Source: Gammaproteobacteria bacterium (GTDB lineage Bacteria; Pseudomonadota; Gammaproteobacteria; Tethybacterales; Persebacteraceae). From it: 46,325 nucleotides of DNA. Location of the stretch: positions 1 to 46,325 of the forward strand of contig JBPCXA010000144.1 of assembly GCA_051008975.1 (NCBI GenBank). The letters are read 5' to 3'. The notes under the pieces were generated by a model, which saw nothing but the letters and a program-made list of their open reading frames with translations, was not told where the DNA came from and ran no database searches. The position numbers and the translations under genes are program-made. How positions within the stretch are numbered: position 1 is the first letter of the stretch; the number at the start of each line of letters is the position of its first letter. Of the stretch, positions 1 through 9,479 are shown piece by piece.

Positions 1-127
1 AGTCGATCACGGTCGGTGAGTGGGGCTTCCTGATTGAGACGACCAAGTTCGAGGAAGATCTCTCAGCCGAGGACCAGACCAACCAGTTCCAGCAGATGCT
101 GCGCGATCAGATGCGTCTGACGATGGA
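1..127. repeat. Terminal overlap copy A (identical to 46199..46325)
   Basis: Compared base by base by eye. 127/127 identical. Confidence 0.95.
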
Positions 128-692
128 CAAGATGGTCGCCGATGCCCTCAAGACTACGCTCTACAAGTACATTCCGGTCTCGACCGGTGGTGTGTTCGAC
201 ACTGATGGCACGGCCTCGACCACAGCCGATATCAACTTCGCGATCGCCGATCTTCGGAACATTCACGATGAGCTGCGTGGCACCTTGAAGGCGCCGCCGT
301 TCCGTAACGGCCAATATGTCGGTATTCTCTCGACCAAGGCGGCGCGCGGCATCAAGAACGATGCCGAATACAAGGATTGGCTGGCGCCGACTTCATCGCG
401 TCCGCTGATCTCAGGTATGCTGCCGGCGGTGGTCGAGAACTTCGCGCTGGTCGAGACCAACCATTTCGATGCGCTGCTCAATGCCATCGGAACCGGCGGG
501 ATAGCCGGCGAGGCGATCTTCTTCGGCGCCGATGCGGGTTTCCTGGCGACGATCCAGGAGCCGGAATTGCGCGCCGGTATTCCCGAGAACCTCGGCCGGT
601 TCCGCGAGGTCGGCTGGGTCGGCACGATTGAGGCCGGCCTGACCTGGGACGTGGCGGCCAAGGCGCGCGTGATCCACGGAACCAGCGCCTGA
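1..692 (+). CDS. Major capsid protein, C-terminal part (gene wraps the circular junction; N-terminal part is 45964..46325)
   Basis: In phase with the ORF opened at ATG 45964 through the 127-bp overlap (a codon starts at position 3). Joined product is 308 aa. Directly follows the scaffold-like gene. ORF-track 96..692 is its tail. Confidence 0.75.
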   Translation, partial: SITVGEWGFLIETTKFEEDLSAEDQTNQFQQMLRDQMRLTMDKMVADALKTTLYKYIPVSTGGVFDTDGTASTTADINFAIADLRNIHDELRGTLKAPPFRNGQYVGILSTKAARGIKNDAEYKDWLAPTSSRPLISGMLPAVVENFALVETNHFDALLNAIGTGGIAGEAIFFGADAGFLATIQEPELRAGIPENLGRFREVGWVGTIEAGLTWDVAAKARVIHGTSA

Positions 693-717
693 TCGGACGG
701 CGATTGAGGATTGAGCC

Positions 718-1164
718 ATGATCAATGAATTCAACACTCTGGAAGTGGCCGTCGCTGATCTGAGCGCCACTGCCGATGTGCTCACCTTCACCCCGGGCGT
801 ACCGATCGATGTCGTGCGCTGGGGTCTGGTAGTGACGACGGTAATCGTCGGTGCGCCGGTTATCGCCGCCGACAAGCGGATCACCGCAGGCAGCGACACG
901 GGCCGCGTTAATGCGGCTGGCGGCACGCTGACGCCCGGCACGCTGGCCGCCGGCAAGGGTGGTTACATCGAGGCCGAGAATTTCGCGGCCGGCAATAAGC
1001 CCCTGGAGATCAATCCCGGCGAGCAGTTCATTCTCGAAGTCACGACTGGGGCCACGTCGGGTGCGGGCACGGTCTTCGTCGAGTATAAGCAGAAACCATT
1101 CCAAAGCGGGTCTGCAGCCGCCGCGAATGACCGGCTGACGCATATGACCGAGTTCACTGCCTGA
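718..1164 (+). CDS. Hypothetical virion protein (possible capsid accessory/decoration protein by position)
   Basis: ATG 7 nt after GAGGA. GC3-rich. 148-aa Gly/Thr/Val-rich beta-type sequence immediately after the capsid gene. Confidence 0.55.
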   Translation: MINEFNTLEVAVADLSATADVLTFTPGVPIDVVRWGLVVTTVIVGAPVIAADKRITAGSDTGRVNAAGGTLTPGTLAAGKGGYIEAENFAAGNKPLEINPGEQFILEVTTGATSGAGTVFVEYKQKPFQSGSAAAANDRLTHMTEFTA

Positions 1165-1253
1165 TTTGGACTGGCGTCGACCATGGGACTGGTGGCTGCG
1201 GACTTTCCGACGTAAGACGCGAAAAGACGCATTGCCGCTGAAAGGGAAGAAAC

Positions 1254-1469
1254 ATGAGTCTGTATGGATCGGTCCCTAAGGCATCCGCCGTTGTCGGCAC
1301 CGTCGCCAATGCCAATCTGACGGACAATTCCGGTGGGGCGGCGAGTGATACGATCGCCGTGATCGGCGCGACCTACGACCAAGCTGAAGTCCGCAACGCC
1401 GTGGCGTCGCTCGCCGCTAAAGTCAATGCGCTGCAGACGGAACTGAGAAAGGTGAACAGCATCAAATGA
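1254..1469 (+). CDS. Hypothetical small structural-module protein (71 aa)
   Basis: ATG after AGGGAAG. C-terminal amphipathic helix (AKVNALQTELRKV). Stop overlaps the next start (ATGA). Confidence 0.6.
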   Translation: MSLYGSVPKASAVVGTVANANLTDNSGGAASDTIAVIGATYDQAEVRNAVASLAAKVNALQTELRKVNSIK

Positions 1470-2044
1470 GCCTGGACCTCGACCGCGGCGTCACCAAACG
1501 CCAGCATCCGAACGGCATGCAAATCTGCATGTACAAGGACGATCCCGGTGTCTTCATGGACGTAAACGGCGGCCGGATCGCAAGCGAGCTTGCCGACGGT
1601 GCCGGCTTCCCGGTCGCAGCGCTCAAGGTCGAGCGTATCAAGATGCAGCGTTTCGCCGAGGCCAGAGCCAAGATCGAGCGTGAGTTTGACGAGAAGACGG
1701 CAGGCCTCGAAGCCGAGATCGAGCGTGAGTTTGAGCCGGTTCGGCCGGCCGGGGGCGAGGCGATCACTTCGGTGGCTTCGCAGCCCCAGGAACCGGTCTC
1801 AGAGGCTCCCGAGGGCGATCCGGCGCCACAGTTCAAGCTGCAGTATGCCGGATCGAGCTGGTACAACATCGTCAACCTGGAAGGCGAGATCATCAACGAC
1901 AAGAAGATGCGCCGCGACCAGGCCGCTGAAACCATGGCGCGGCTCGGCATCGAGGTCGATGAGCTGGCGTTCCAGTATGCGATCGATCAGTACAACATCG
2001 ACACCAAAGAGGAGAAAACCAATGGCGAGAAGGAAGAGGCGTAG
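1466..2044 (+). CDS. Hypothetical acidic protein (192 aa) with duplicated IEREF motif
   Basis: ATGA coupling to the upstream gene. KIEREFDE and EIEREFEP are repeated. Two hairpins follow the gene. Confidence 0.65.
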   Translation: MSLDLDRGVTKRQHPNGMQICMYKDDPGVFMDVNGGRIASELADGAGFPVAALKVERIKMQRFAEARAKIEREFDEKTAGLEAEIEREFEPVRPAGGEAITSVASQPQEPVSEAPEGDPAPQFKLQYAGSSWYNIVNLEGEIINDKKMRRDQAAETMARLGIEVDELAFQYAIDQYNIDTKEEKTNGEKEEA

Positions 2045-2048
2045 CGGC

Positions 2049-2124
2049 AGGGGCTGATTCCGCCAGGCTCTAGCCCTTGTTTTCGCGCGGTCGGGCGGCA
2101 TCGATGATGTCGCCCGTTTCGTTG
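2049..2124 (+). terminator. Two tandem hairpins after the capsid operon (partial terminator/attenuator candidate)
   Basis: AGGGGCT-N16-AGCCCTT followed by GTTTT. Then an 11-bp stem CGGGCGGCATC/GATGTCGCCCG (2092..2116, one G-T pair) followed by TTTCGTT. Confidence 0.45.
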
Positions 2125-2128
2125 AGGG

Positions 2129-2917
2129 ATGATCATGCCGGTGACGCTTGCCCAGATTAGAGCTCGGGTCCAAACTCATGTCGTCGATGTCGTCGATGAA
2201 ATCACGGCTGAATTCGATGGCTGGATAAACTGGGCGATCCGCGTCGCCCAGGAGACTCACAACTTTCGTGCCATGCAGGCCGAGCAATTCAAGGATACGA
2301 CCAAGAACGTTCGCTTGCTGGGGACCAAGTTCATCGATTGGAAGGACCGCCGGCTCGATCCCTATTACGTCACGCCGGAGGGCTCCAACATCAGGCTGTC
2401 ATGGGCGACCGAGGATCAGGCGCGCGAACGTTATGGTGAGAACACGACCCAGGATATCGGTCCGCCGAAAGACCTCGTCGAGCGGATCTTCTATGACGGC
2501 ACCAGCGATCTCGATCAGTTTCTGGTCTATCCCTTTCCCGACGCGCTATCGCGCCAAGTCGGGCCGGCACCTGCGGCCGGTGAATACCGCATCCTCATAC
2601 CCTACTATCGGTATTTGCCGACTTTGGCCGCTGATAATGCAAGCAATTATTTCACCGACAACTGGGACAACTACGTCGTCTGGCTGGCCGCCGCCCAGGC
2701 CTTGTTCCTGAACGAGTTCAACGAGAGGGCACTCGTCTTTTCTACCAAGGCCGGCTACGATGTCAGCGAGGGCGCACCGATCCTGAGCGGTACGCGGTTC
2801 CAAGGCGAGCTTGGGCGCATGATCAAAACCGACCAGAGAGGTCGCGTCGCCAACCGCCTGACGCTCGGCGTCAATCGCAATGCGGGCCGGTCGGGGCGCT
2901 TCAGGATGGTGCGCTGA
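2129..2917 (+). CDS. Putative head-tail adaptor / tail-tube-A-like protein
   Basis: 262 aa, first gene after the capsid-operon hairpins. GAGGG RBS favours the second ATG at 2135. Function assigned by position only. Confidence 0.4.
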   Translation: MIMPVTLAQIRARVQTHVVDVVDEITAEFDGWINWAIRVAQETHNFRAMQAEQFKDTTKNVRLLGTKFIDWKDRRLDPYYVTPEGSNIRLSWATEDQARERYGENTTQDIGPPKDLVERIFYDGTSDLDQFLVYPFPDALSRQVGPAPAAGEYRILIPYYRYLPTLAADNASNYFTDNWDNYVVWLAAAQALFLNEFNERALVFSTKAGYDVSEGAPILSGTRFQGELGRMIKTDQRGRVANRLTLGVNRNAGRSGRFRMVR

Positions 2918-3657
2918 TGACTCACCCGATCGACCCGACAAATCCGCTCGCTAACGCGATCGTCAGCCAATATCCGGCCAACGAGCGGGCGTCGCGCCAA
3001 GCAACCCAGGACAAGGTCGACGTTGACCATTTCGGTACTGATGTGCCCGACAGCGGCCGGCACAAGAAGGTCACTTGCAAGGTTCAAGGTTCCGATCCGG
3101 CGGCCGTCGCCGATACCTATCAGATGTATGGCAAGGACGTATCCGCCGTTGTCGAGATCTTCGGCCGGGCCGAGGGCGGGACGGTGTTTCCCTGGACCAA
3201 TGCCGGCGCGATCCTCGGTATCGTCTCGGGCACCAAAATGGTCTTCGTGCAGGCCGCGGCGCCGGCCGGCTGGACCCAGGATACGAGCCAGAACGACCGG
3301 GTCCTGCGGGTCGTCGACGACGGTACCGGCGGCGCCGTCGCCGGCAGCTGGACGCTGTCGGGCGTGACCGTCGACAATCATGTCCTGACCCAGGCCCAGA
3401 TGCCGAGCCACAGGCACCACGTCTTTTCCGCCGAGGATGCCGGCGCCGGCAATACGCTGGTCAACGCCTCGAACGCGACCATGGCCGAGAAATCGGCCGG
3501 CGGTGACCTGCAGTATCGTATGCAGCGTGCGACCGTCGAGGCGACCATCGGCCGTACCGACGAGACTGGCAGCGATAACAGCCACAACCACGGTCTTTCG
3601 ACCGACAGCTCATGGCGGCCGGCCTACCAGAACGTGCTGGTCGCGACGAGGGACTGA
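2917..3657 (+). CDS. Tail fibre protein with phage tail-collar-like domain
   Basis: TGATG coupling. Contains the pattern APAGW...RVLRVV...GG..GS...H.LT.AQMPSHRHH, typical of the tail-collar (MdpB-like) domain. Confidence 0.6.
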   Translation: MTHPIDPTNPLANAIVSQYPANERASRQATQDKVDVDHFGTDVPDSGRHKKVTCKVQGSDPAAVADTYQMYGKDVSAVVEIFGRAEGGTVFPWTNAGAILGIVSGTKMVFVQAAAPAGWTQDTSQNDRVLRVVDDGTGGAVAGSWTLSGVTVDNHVLTQAQMPSHRHHVFSAEDAGAGNTLVNASNATMAEKSAGGDLQYRMQRATVEATIGRTDETGSDNSHNHGLSTDSSWRPAYQNVLVATRD

Positions 3658-4022
3658 TGGCGAGGAACCACAAAGCGGCGTTCCGGTGTCGCAAATGTCC
3701 GGCCAACGGCAACCCGGACAGAGGTCTCTCCTGCCCGCTCTGGTGGGAGACCGTATGGACCAAGCCGGACGGCGGGCAGGAAGTCATCAAGTCCTGCGGC
3801 TACGAGCAGCTGCCGCTCTATCTGATCGAGGTCGTCAAGGCGTCCAACCGCCCCGCCGCCGCTGTGGAATCCATGCGTAATCAAGTCTTGGGCGGTCTTG
3901 CTAAATTTGCACAAGGCTTTCGTCCGCCTGGTTATGGTCATAAAATTCTCGAAGCCGGCCGGGAATTGGAGAAGGTGATCGAGGATGCCGCGAAGCCGCA
4001 GAACCGAAGTCCTGAGGCCTAA
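3657..4022 (+). CDS. Hypothetical Cys-containing protein (121 aa)
   Basis: ATG 3657 overlaps the upstream TGA. CRKC...SCPLWW...SCGY motif. In frame with ORF-track 3612..4022. Confidence 0.55.
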   Translation: MARNHKAAFRCRKCPANGNPDRGLSCPLWWETVWTKPDGGQEVIKSCGYEQLPLYLIEVVKASNRPAAAVESMRNQVLGGLAKFAQGFRPPGYGHKILEAGRELEKVIEDAAKPQNRSPEA

Positions 4023-6381
4023 TCTCGGCCTGTTCCTCGATCGTCCGCATTCCGTGGTGCCGCCGCGTGCCCTGATCGATTGCCGGAACGTCAGGATCAA
4101 GGAAGGCCGGATCCGGCGCGACAACATGGGCTGGGCCAAGTTCATCAACGGCGTTCTGCCCGGCATCGTCACGATGATCGACAGTTTCTTCAACCGGGCC
4201 GGCGGCGTGGTCGACATCTACGGCACGACGACCGATCTGTTCCGGTTCGATCCGGGGATTAACAAGTATCAGGTTATCACGCCGGTTTATAGTGCGGGCA
4301 CGGTTGTTATTAGCGACGGCAGTGCGACGGTGACCGGGACCGGCACGCTGTTCGATAGCGGCACGCCGAAGAATGTCAAGGCAACTGATCGCTTGATCAT
4401 CGGCACTGTTGATACTGAGGCGCTCGATCCGTTGCAGCCTAACGCCGAGATCGTGCAGAGCGTCGACAGCGATACCCAGCTGACGATGACCGCGAATATG
4501 ATGGTGCCCAATTTGTTTACCCGGTCGGAAGAACTTGATGATGCGGCCTGGACGAAGGATGGCGTCACCATAGTGGCGGATGACATTGCAGCACCGGACT
4601 TGACAGTGACGGCAGACAAGATCAACGAGACCGCGACTACTGGGCTTCATCGGATCACCCGTCAGCTGTCTCTGAGCGCTTTTACGTTTTATACATTCTC
4701 GTGTTACGTCAAACCTTTGGAGAGAACCGAGTGCAGGCTTCTCATGGCTGGTGTCGGAATATTTGAATCCGATACCGGGGTGACTTTTGATTTGAGCGCC
4801 GGAACAATTACTGCAACGGGCGCCGGAAGCAACGTCAGCGGCACGATCGCCGCCGTGGCGAACGGATTCTTTCGTCTTACCATCACGGCCGAGACGACAT
4901 TGGGCGGCGGTAATGCCGATATGGATTTGCGTATGTTCAAGGCTGGTGCGCAATCCTATCTGGGGACCGTTTCAGAAGGCTTGCATGCTTGGGGCTTCCA
5001 GTTTGAACAAGGGTCGGCTGTGACAATTTATCTGCGAACCGTTGCGACGGCACAACAGTACGACGGTCCCTATAAGATCTTCCAGGTCTTCACAGGCGAT
5101 AAGTTCGATCGCTGGTCGACGGAGATCTTCCCGGATGCGGTCAACGTGATCGGCGTCGACGGCGATCGATGGTACGCGACCAATGGGATTGACGGCGTGG
5201 TCGGCTGGGACGGGGCGACCGAGACGACTTATCGTGTGGCTGCGATCGGCATCACGCCCAAGGTTCTGGCGCTTTACAAGAACCGCATGGTCTACGCCAA
5301 CTTCGTCGATTCCGGCCAGGCCAAGCCCTATTCGATCAGGACCTCCGTGCCGGGCCAGCCGGAGGACGTGACCACGGCGCCCGCGGCCGAGTTTGTGGTC
5401 CATGACGGCGCTGACCCGATCGTCGATCTCTACCGGATGGGTGATCTTCTGGCCATTCTCTCCGAGCGCTCGATCGTGCTGGCCCAGGATGTCGATCTGC
5501 CGCTGCAGCTGATCTTCCGTACCGCGGTCGCCGGACTCGGCCCCTTGAGCCAGGGCGCAATCGCCGACTTCGGTGATTTCCTGGAGTTCCTCGGTCCCGA
5601 CGCTCAGTACCGCTTCGACGGCGTCACCGTCACCGAGGTCGGATTCCAGGTCTGGCGTGAGATCCTGCGGACCGTCTCGCCGAACCGGCTCGGCGCGATC
5701 ATCTCGCATTTCGATGAGGAGAACGGTGACCTGATCTGGGGCCTGCCGCTCTCGACCGATCCCGATGTCGAAACCGGTAACATCACGACCGGCTATGTCG
5801 AGCACTATCTGGAGCTGGTCGGCGAGGACGAGCAGTCGCCCGTGACGATACGCGATTTCCCGGCGACGGCGGTCGGTTTCGGTGCCCGCGAGACGACGTT
5901 GCGCTTCTCCGATATTCTGGATACCTGGGCCGACCAAAACTACCGTTGGAACGATCGTTTCTTCCTGGCCAACTTTCCGTTCAACCTGTTCGGCGACGAG
6001 AACGGCCAGATCTTCATCCTGAATGAGCTTGACAGCCAGGACGGCTCGGCCTTCGCTTCGTGGTGGCGTTTCCCGCGGCGTGCCTTCGGTGACGCCACGC
6101 GCAAGGGCATGGTGCGGCGGATCTATTCCTTCTTGGAGCAACTTGACGCTGCTGATTGGAGTTTGGAGGTGCGTCTTTATGGATCTGATTCAGTGGCCGG
6201 CAAGAGCAAGTTGCTTTCTACGTCGCTGTTCGATCCGACCTTCGCCGGCAACCGCTTCGTCAGTCCGCGCAAAGTCGCGCGCTATGGCGAGATCGAATAC
6301 TATGCGACCGGGACCGGCGTGCCGATCTCCTTCGAGGGCTATGATGTCGACTCGACGATTCACGGGGCGGGAATAAAATGA
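3985..6381 (+). CDS. Tail tubular protein B-like / nozzle protein with an inserted beta-sandwich (carbohydrate-binding-like) domain
   Basis: 798 aa, the size and position of podovirus tail tube B. The central segment (about 4510..5040) has the SE.F....W...AP.G...S.Y.K...NGF.R...G.Q.EQG pattern of phage lectin-like domains. Confidence 0.5.
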   Translation: MPRSRRTEVLRPNLGLFLDRPHSVVPPRALIDCRNVRIKEGRIRRDNMGWAKFINGVLPGIVTMIDSFFNRAGGVVDIYGTTTDLFRFDPGINKYQVITPVYSAGTVVISDGSATVTGTGTLFDSGTPKNVKATDRLIIGTVDTEALDPLQPNAEIVQSVDSDTQLTMTANMMVPNLFTRSEELDDAAWTKDGVTIVADDIAAPDLTVTADKINETATTGLHRITRQLSLSAFTFYTFSCYVKPLERTECRLLMAGVGIFESDTGVTFDLSAGTITATGAGSNVSGTIAAVANGFFRLTITAETTLGGGNADMDLRMFKAGAQSYLGTVSEGLHAWGFQFEQGSAVTIYLRTVATAQQYDGPYKIFQVFTGDKFDRWSTEIFPDAVNVIGVDGDRWYATNGIDGVVGWDGATETTYRVAAIGITPKVLALYKNRMVYANFVDSGQAKPYSIRTSVPGQPEDVTTAPAAEFVVHDGADPIVDLYRMGDLLAILSERSIVLAQDVDLPLQLIFRTAVAGLGPLSQGAIADFGDFLEFLGPDAQYRFDGVTVTEVGFQVWREILRTVSPNRLGAIISHFDEENGDLIWGLPLSTDPDVETGNITTGYVEHYLELVGEDEQSPVTIRDFPATAVGFGARETTLRFSDILDTWADQNYRWNDRFFLANFPFNLFGDENGQIFILNELDSQDGSAFASWWRFPRRAFGDATRKGMVRRIYSFLEQLDAADWSLEVRLYGSDSVAGKSKLLSTSLFDPTFAGNRFVSPRKVARYGEIEYYATGTGVPISFEGYDVDSTIHGAGIK

Positions 6382-6620
6382 CCATGGATCCGCTTCGTCT
6401 CATGATCACCTTGCGCCGCCAGAAGGTGATGTCGGCGGCATTGAACCGCCAGCGCGGCTTGACGCTCGAGCAGAACCACGAGATGCTGGTGCATCATGCT
6501 CAAAAGGATGATTGGCGCGCTTGCTGCCCGCATTGCGGCGAATACCGACGGGGCTCCCAGCAGGATCTGCTCAGAACCTCCTGCCCCAGCTGCGACCACA
6601 ACGCCAGCGACGCCGCTTGA
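6378..6620 (+). CDS. Small zinc-ribbon protein (80 aa)
   Basis: ATGA coupling. CCPHCG...CPSC motif. C-rich third codon positions continue through the overlap with the next ORF. Confidence 0.55.
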   Translation: MTMDPLRLMITLRRQKVMSAALNRQRGLTLEQNHEMLVHHAQKDDWRACCPHCGEYRRGSQQDLLRTSCPSCDHNASDAA

Positions 6621-7068
6621 GCTGGAAAATCCGATCTTCGTTCTGAAGGTCGCCAATCCGGCATTCTGGCTTCTGCCCGAGATACAGAATCTGCTGGACC
6701 GCGCGTTTGCCGGCGGCATTCCGACGACCGCGGGCATGGCCAAGCGCGGCATTCATCGGTTCGCCGGCTCGCCTTTCCTCGTGCCCTTCGTCGCCCGCGA
6801 CGGCGAGCGCTGGTGCGCGCTGGCGCTGGTCGTCCGGCCCATGAATGAGCTTCAGTCGGAGCCTCACGTATTCCACTTCTTCAACGACGGGCCACGCCAG
6901 GTGATCGAGATCATGGCTGCGGAGATCTCCAAGTGGACGCAAGAGCAGGGTTATAGTACGGTGCTGGTGGCCAACCGCCGGCCCGGCCAGGACGATGCCT
7001 ACCAGCGTCTCTTCGCGCCGCTCGGCAAGTTTGAGAATATCGGCACAATGTACCGGGTGCATCTCTGA
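6496..7068 (+). CDS. Hypothetical virion-module protein (weak GNAT-like pattern at the C-terminus); start uncertain
   Basis: The ORF is open from 6496, but 6496..6620 overlaps the better-coding 80-aa gene. The next in-frame ATG is at 6737. The tail ...EISKWTQEQGYSTVLVANRR...AYQRLFAPLGF... resembles an acetyltransferase fold only loosely. Confidence 0.4.
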   Translation: MLKRMIGALAARIAANTDGAPSRICSEPPAPAATTTPATPLELENPIFVLKVANPAFWLLPEIQNLLDRAFAGGIPTTAGMAKRGIHRFAGSPFLVPFVARDGERWCALALVVRPMNELQSEPHVFHFFNDGPRQVIEIMAAEISKWTQEQGYSTVLVANRRPGQDDAYQRLFAPLGKFENIGTMYRVHL

Positions 7069-7901
7069 TGGGTGATTTTCTCGGCGGATTGTTCGGCTCC
7101 GGCGGCGAGGAAGGGACACCTGGCGAGATCGTCGATGTTACGCCGCGGCAATTCGAGGAGCTGCGGCCGTTCATCCGTGACCTCATTCTCGGCATCTTCG
7201 ACGAGGAAGGCATCGGCTTCCCCGGTGAGCTTGTCGCACCGATTCGTGCCGACGAACTTGACATCGTCGAGCTGCTCGGCAATCGGTTCGGCAAGCCCGG
7301 TGAAAATTTTGCCGCCGGCCAGGATTTGCTCGGCCGGACCATCGCCGGTGATTTTCTCGATCCCGCGTCCAATCCGTTCCTGGCGGCGACCATCGAGGCG
7401 GCGGTTCGGCCGGCCAGGGCGGCCTTCGAGGAAGACGTTCTGCCGGCCCTGCAGCTCGGTTTCGCGGGCGCCGGTCAGCAGACCCAGGCGAGCGGCTCAT
7501 CGCCCTTCGTGCGCGAGGTGCGCCAGGCGGGCCGCGATCTGGAAAACACCATCGCCGATACCGCGGCGCGGATCTCGGCCCAGAACCTGGCCCGTGAGCG
7601 GGCGATCCAGGCCCAGGCGCCGAGCCAGGTGGCGCAGGTCGAGGCGCAGCAGATCAACAATCTCGTCAACGTGCTCCAGGCACAGGCTCTGCCGCGGTTG
7701 ATCGAGGATCTCGGTGTCGAACGGGGCTTGCAGGAGTTCCAGCTGAGACTGCAGCGTCTGCTTGCAGTGCTCGGTATCGGCGCCGATATCGCCTCGCCGA
7801 CGCCCGTGCTGATTCCTCCGACCGGTGGGGAGGCCGGCGCCGCCGGCGGTCTCGGTGACTTCCTGCTCGGCACGGCGGCGGTCAAGACGGCGTTCGGCTG
7901 A
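7068..7901 (+). CDS. Internal virion / ejection protein candidate (277 aa)
   Basis: TGATG coupling. Gly-rich N-terminus (MGDFLGGLFGSGGEEG). First of three consecutive large genes after the tail tube. Confidence 0.45.
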   Translation: MGDFLGGLFGSGGEEGTPGEIVDVTPRQFEELRPFIRDLILGIFDEEGIGFPGELVAPIRADELDIVELLGNRFGKPGENFAAGQDLLGRTIAGDFLDPASNPFLAATIEAAVRPARAAFEEDVLPALQLGFAGAGQQTQASGSSPFVREVRQAGRDLENTIADTAARISAQNLARERAIQAQAPSQVAQVEAQQINNLVNVLQAQALPRLIEDLGVERGLQEFQLRLQRLLAVLGIGADIASPTPVLIPPTGGEAGAAGGLGDFLLGTAAVKTAFG

Positions 7902-9478
7902 TGGTCAGGACCGTCGCTCGGGGAAGCACGCCGCCGGCCGGTCCGCCCGGCAATCCATTCGCCGGCGTCGGCGATGCCTCGCTTGAGATCATCAATCTAA
8001 TCGAGAACGACCGCACGATGGAGCGGCGGCGCAGAATCGCCGAGGCGATTGCCGCGGCGCTTCCCGCGGCGCCCGGCGGTCCTGCCGGTGTCGGTACGCC
8101 GGGCGGTCCGACGACATCCGCAGCGGGCACCGCAAGCGTGGTGCCTGGCACGGTCGATCCGGCGCGCAAGGCGCTCTTGAGTCTCTCACCGGAAGACCAG
8201 GTCAGCTTCTTCATCGAATCGCTCGAAAGCGATACGCCGATCGACGTTCTGAAGGGAGCGCTTGGCGGTACCGCCGTCGCGCCGGAGCTGACCAAGCTGG
8301 AGGAGCTGGACGCGGCGCGCCAGCGTGCGCTGGCTGCCGGGAACACGGAGCTGGCCGCCCGTCTGCAAAATCAGATCGTGAAGGAATCATCGCGCACGCG
8401 CAGCGAGCTGGCCAAGCTGCAGGACGATCTTGCGAGGGCTCAGGAAGCCGGCGAGACCGGTCGCGCCAGGCAGTTGCAGGCCGAGATCGCACGGCGCGGA
8501 CAGACCACCTTGACGCCGGCCCAGCGGACCCAGACCAGGCGGTTTCAGAAAGGCAGCGACGTGGTCGGCATTCGGGTCGCGGCAGCCGGTTCCGAGCAAC
8601 GCATCGACGCTCTGCTGGCCCAGGGCTTCCAGGAGATACCGGTCAGCGTACAGGCGGCCGATCCTGGGGTCTTCGAGCCGACCGCATCGGTCGTCTCGGG
8701 CGTGCAGGATGCCGAGATGGGCGTGCGCAATTTCCTGTTCGAATCCGACCGGGTGATCCAGACGTTGCGAACCGAAGGCGCCGCGGTGCTCGGCGCGGCC
8801 GGCAGCGTGACCCAGGCGATCAATGCGACCGCCTCGACGATCCAGGGTCTGCAGCAAACCCTGTTCGACAAGATTCCGCAAAATCAGCGTCTGTCGCCGA
8901 CCGCTTTCGTGATCATCGATGACGAAGGAAGAGAGACGGCCGCCAGCGTGACCGAAGTGCGCGATCGCGCGGTGGCCAATATCCGCCAGGAAGATCCCGG
9001 GTTCTTCGTCGAGCTGGCGGCCGGTCTGAGCGCACGCTTCGAGGGTGCCGCGATCAACGCCGCGATAGTCGAATCGAATGTCGTTTCGCTGGCCTTCGCC
9101 GCCGCCGCCGCGGCGGCTCAGACCGGCAGGGGCGTCTCCGACAAGGACATAGACCGCTTCATGACCCAGATCGGCGTCAGCGCTGACCCGGACGTGTTCG
9201 AGGAAGTCCTGATCGACAACCAGGAGCGCATGATCAACGGTCTCAGGAACCGCGTCGCGACGGTCAACCGGTTCGTTCCGCCTGGACAACAGATAACCTT
9301 TCCGAGTGATCTTAATCCGACGGCCCGGCGCGATCGGACGCCGGGTATCACCGATGCGGCCGGCCCGACGCCGACCTTGACGACGCGCGACGAATTCGAG
9401 GCGCTGCCACCGGGCGCGGTGTTCATAGACGGCAACCCGGATTCTCCGCATTTCGGCAAGCTGCGCAGGAAACCGTGA
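7901..9478 (+). CDS. Internal virion / ejection protein candidate (525 aa)
   Basis: TGATG coupling. Long Ala/Gln/Arg-rich helical segments. Function assigned by position. Confidence 0.45.
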   Translation: MVRTVARGSTPPAGPPGNPFAGVGDASLEIINLIENDRTMERRRRIAEAIAAALPAAPGGPAGVGTPGGPTTSAAGTASVVPGTVDPARKALLSLSPEDQVSFFIESLESDTPIDVLKGALGGTAVAPELTKLEELDAARQRALAAGNTELAARLQNQIVKESSRTRSELAKLQDDLARAQEAGETGRARQLQAEIARRGQTTLTPAQRTQTRRFQKGSDVVGIRVAAAGSEQRIDALLAQGFQEIPVSVQAADPGVFEPTASVVSGVQDAEMGVRNFLFESDRVIQTLRTEGAAVLGAAGSVTQAINATASTIQGLQQTLFDKIPQNQRLSPTAFVIIDDEGRETAASVTEVRDRAVANIRQEDPGFFVELAAGLSARFEGAAINAAIVESNVVSLAFAAAAAAAQTGRGVSDKDIDRFMTQIGVSADPDVFEEVLIDNQERMINGLRNRVATVNRFVPPGQQITFPSDLNPTARRDRTPGITDAAGPTPTLTTRDEFEALPPGAVFIDGNPDSPHFGKLRRKP

Positions 9479-9479
9479 C

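Noticed and set aside
1-127. Terminal 127-bp repeats considered as att sites, LTRs or genuine phage direct terminal repeats
   Set aside because: The repeat lies in the middle of the capsid coding sequence and restores its reading frame when the ends are joined. The length equals a standard assembler k-mer. Most parsimoniously it is an assembly overlap.
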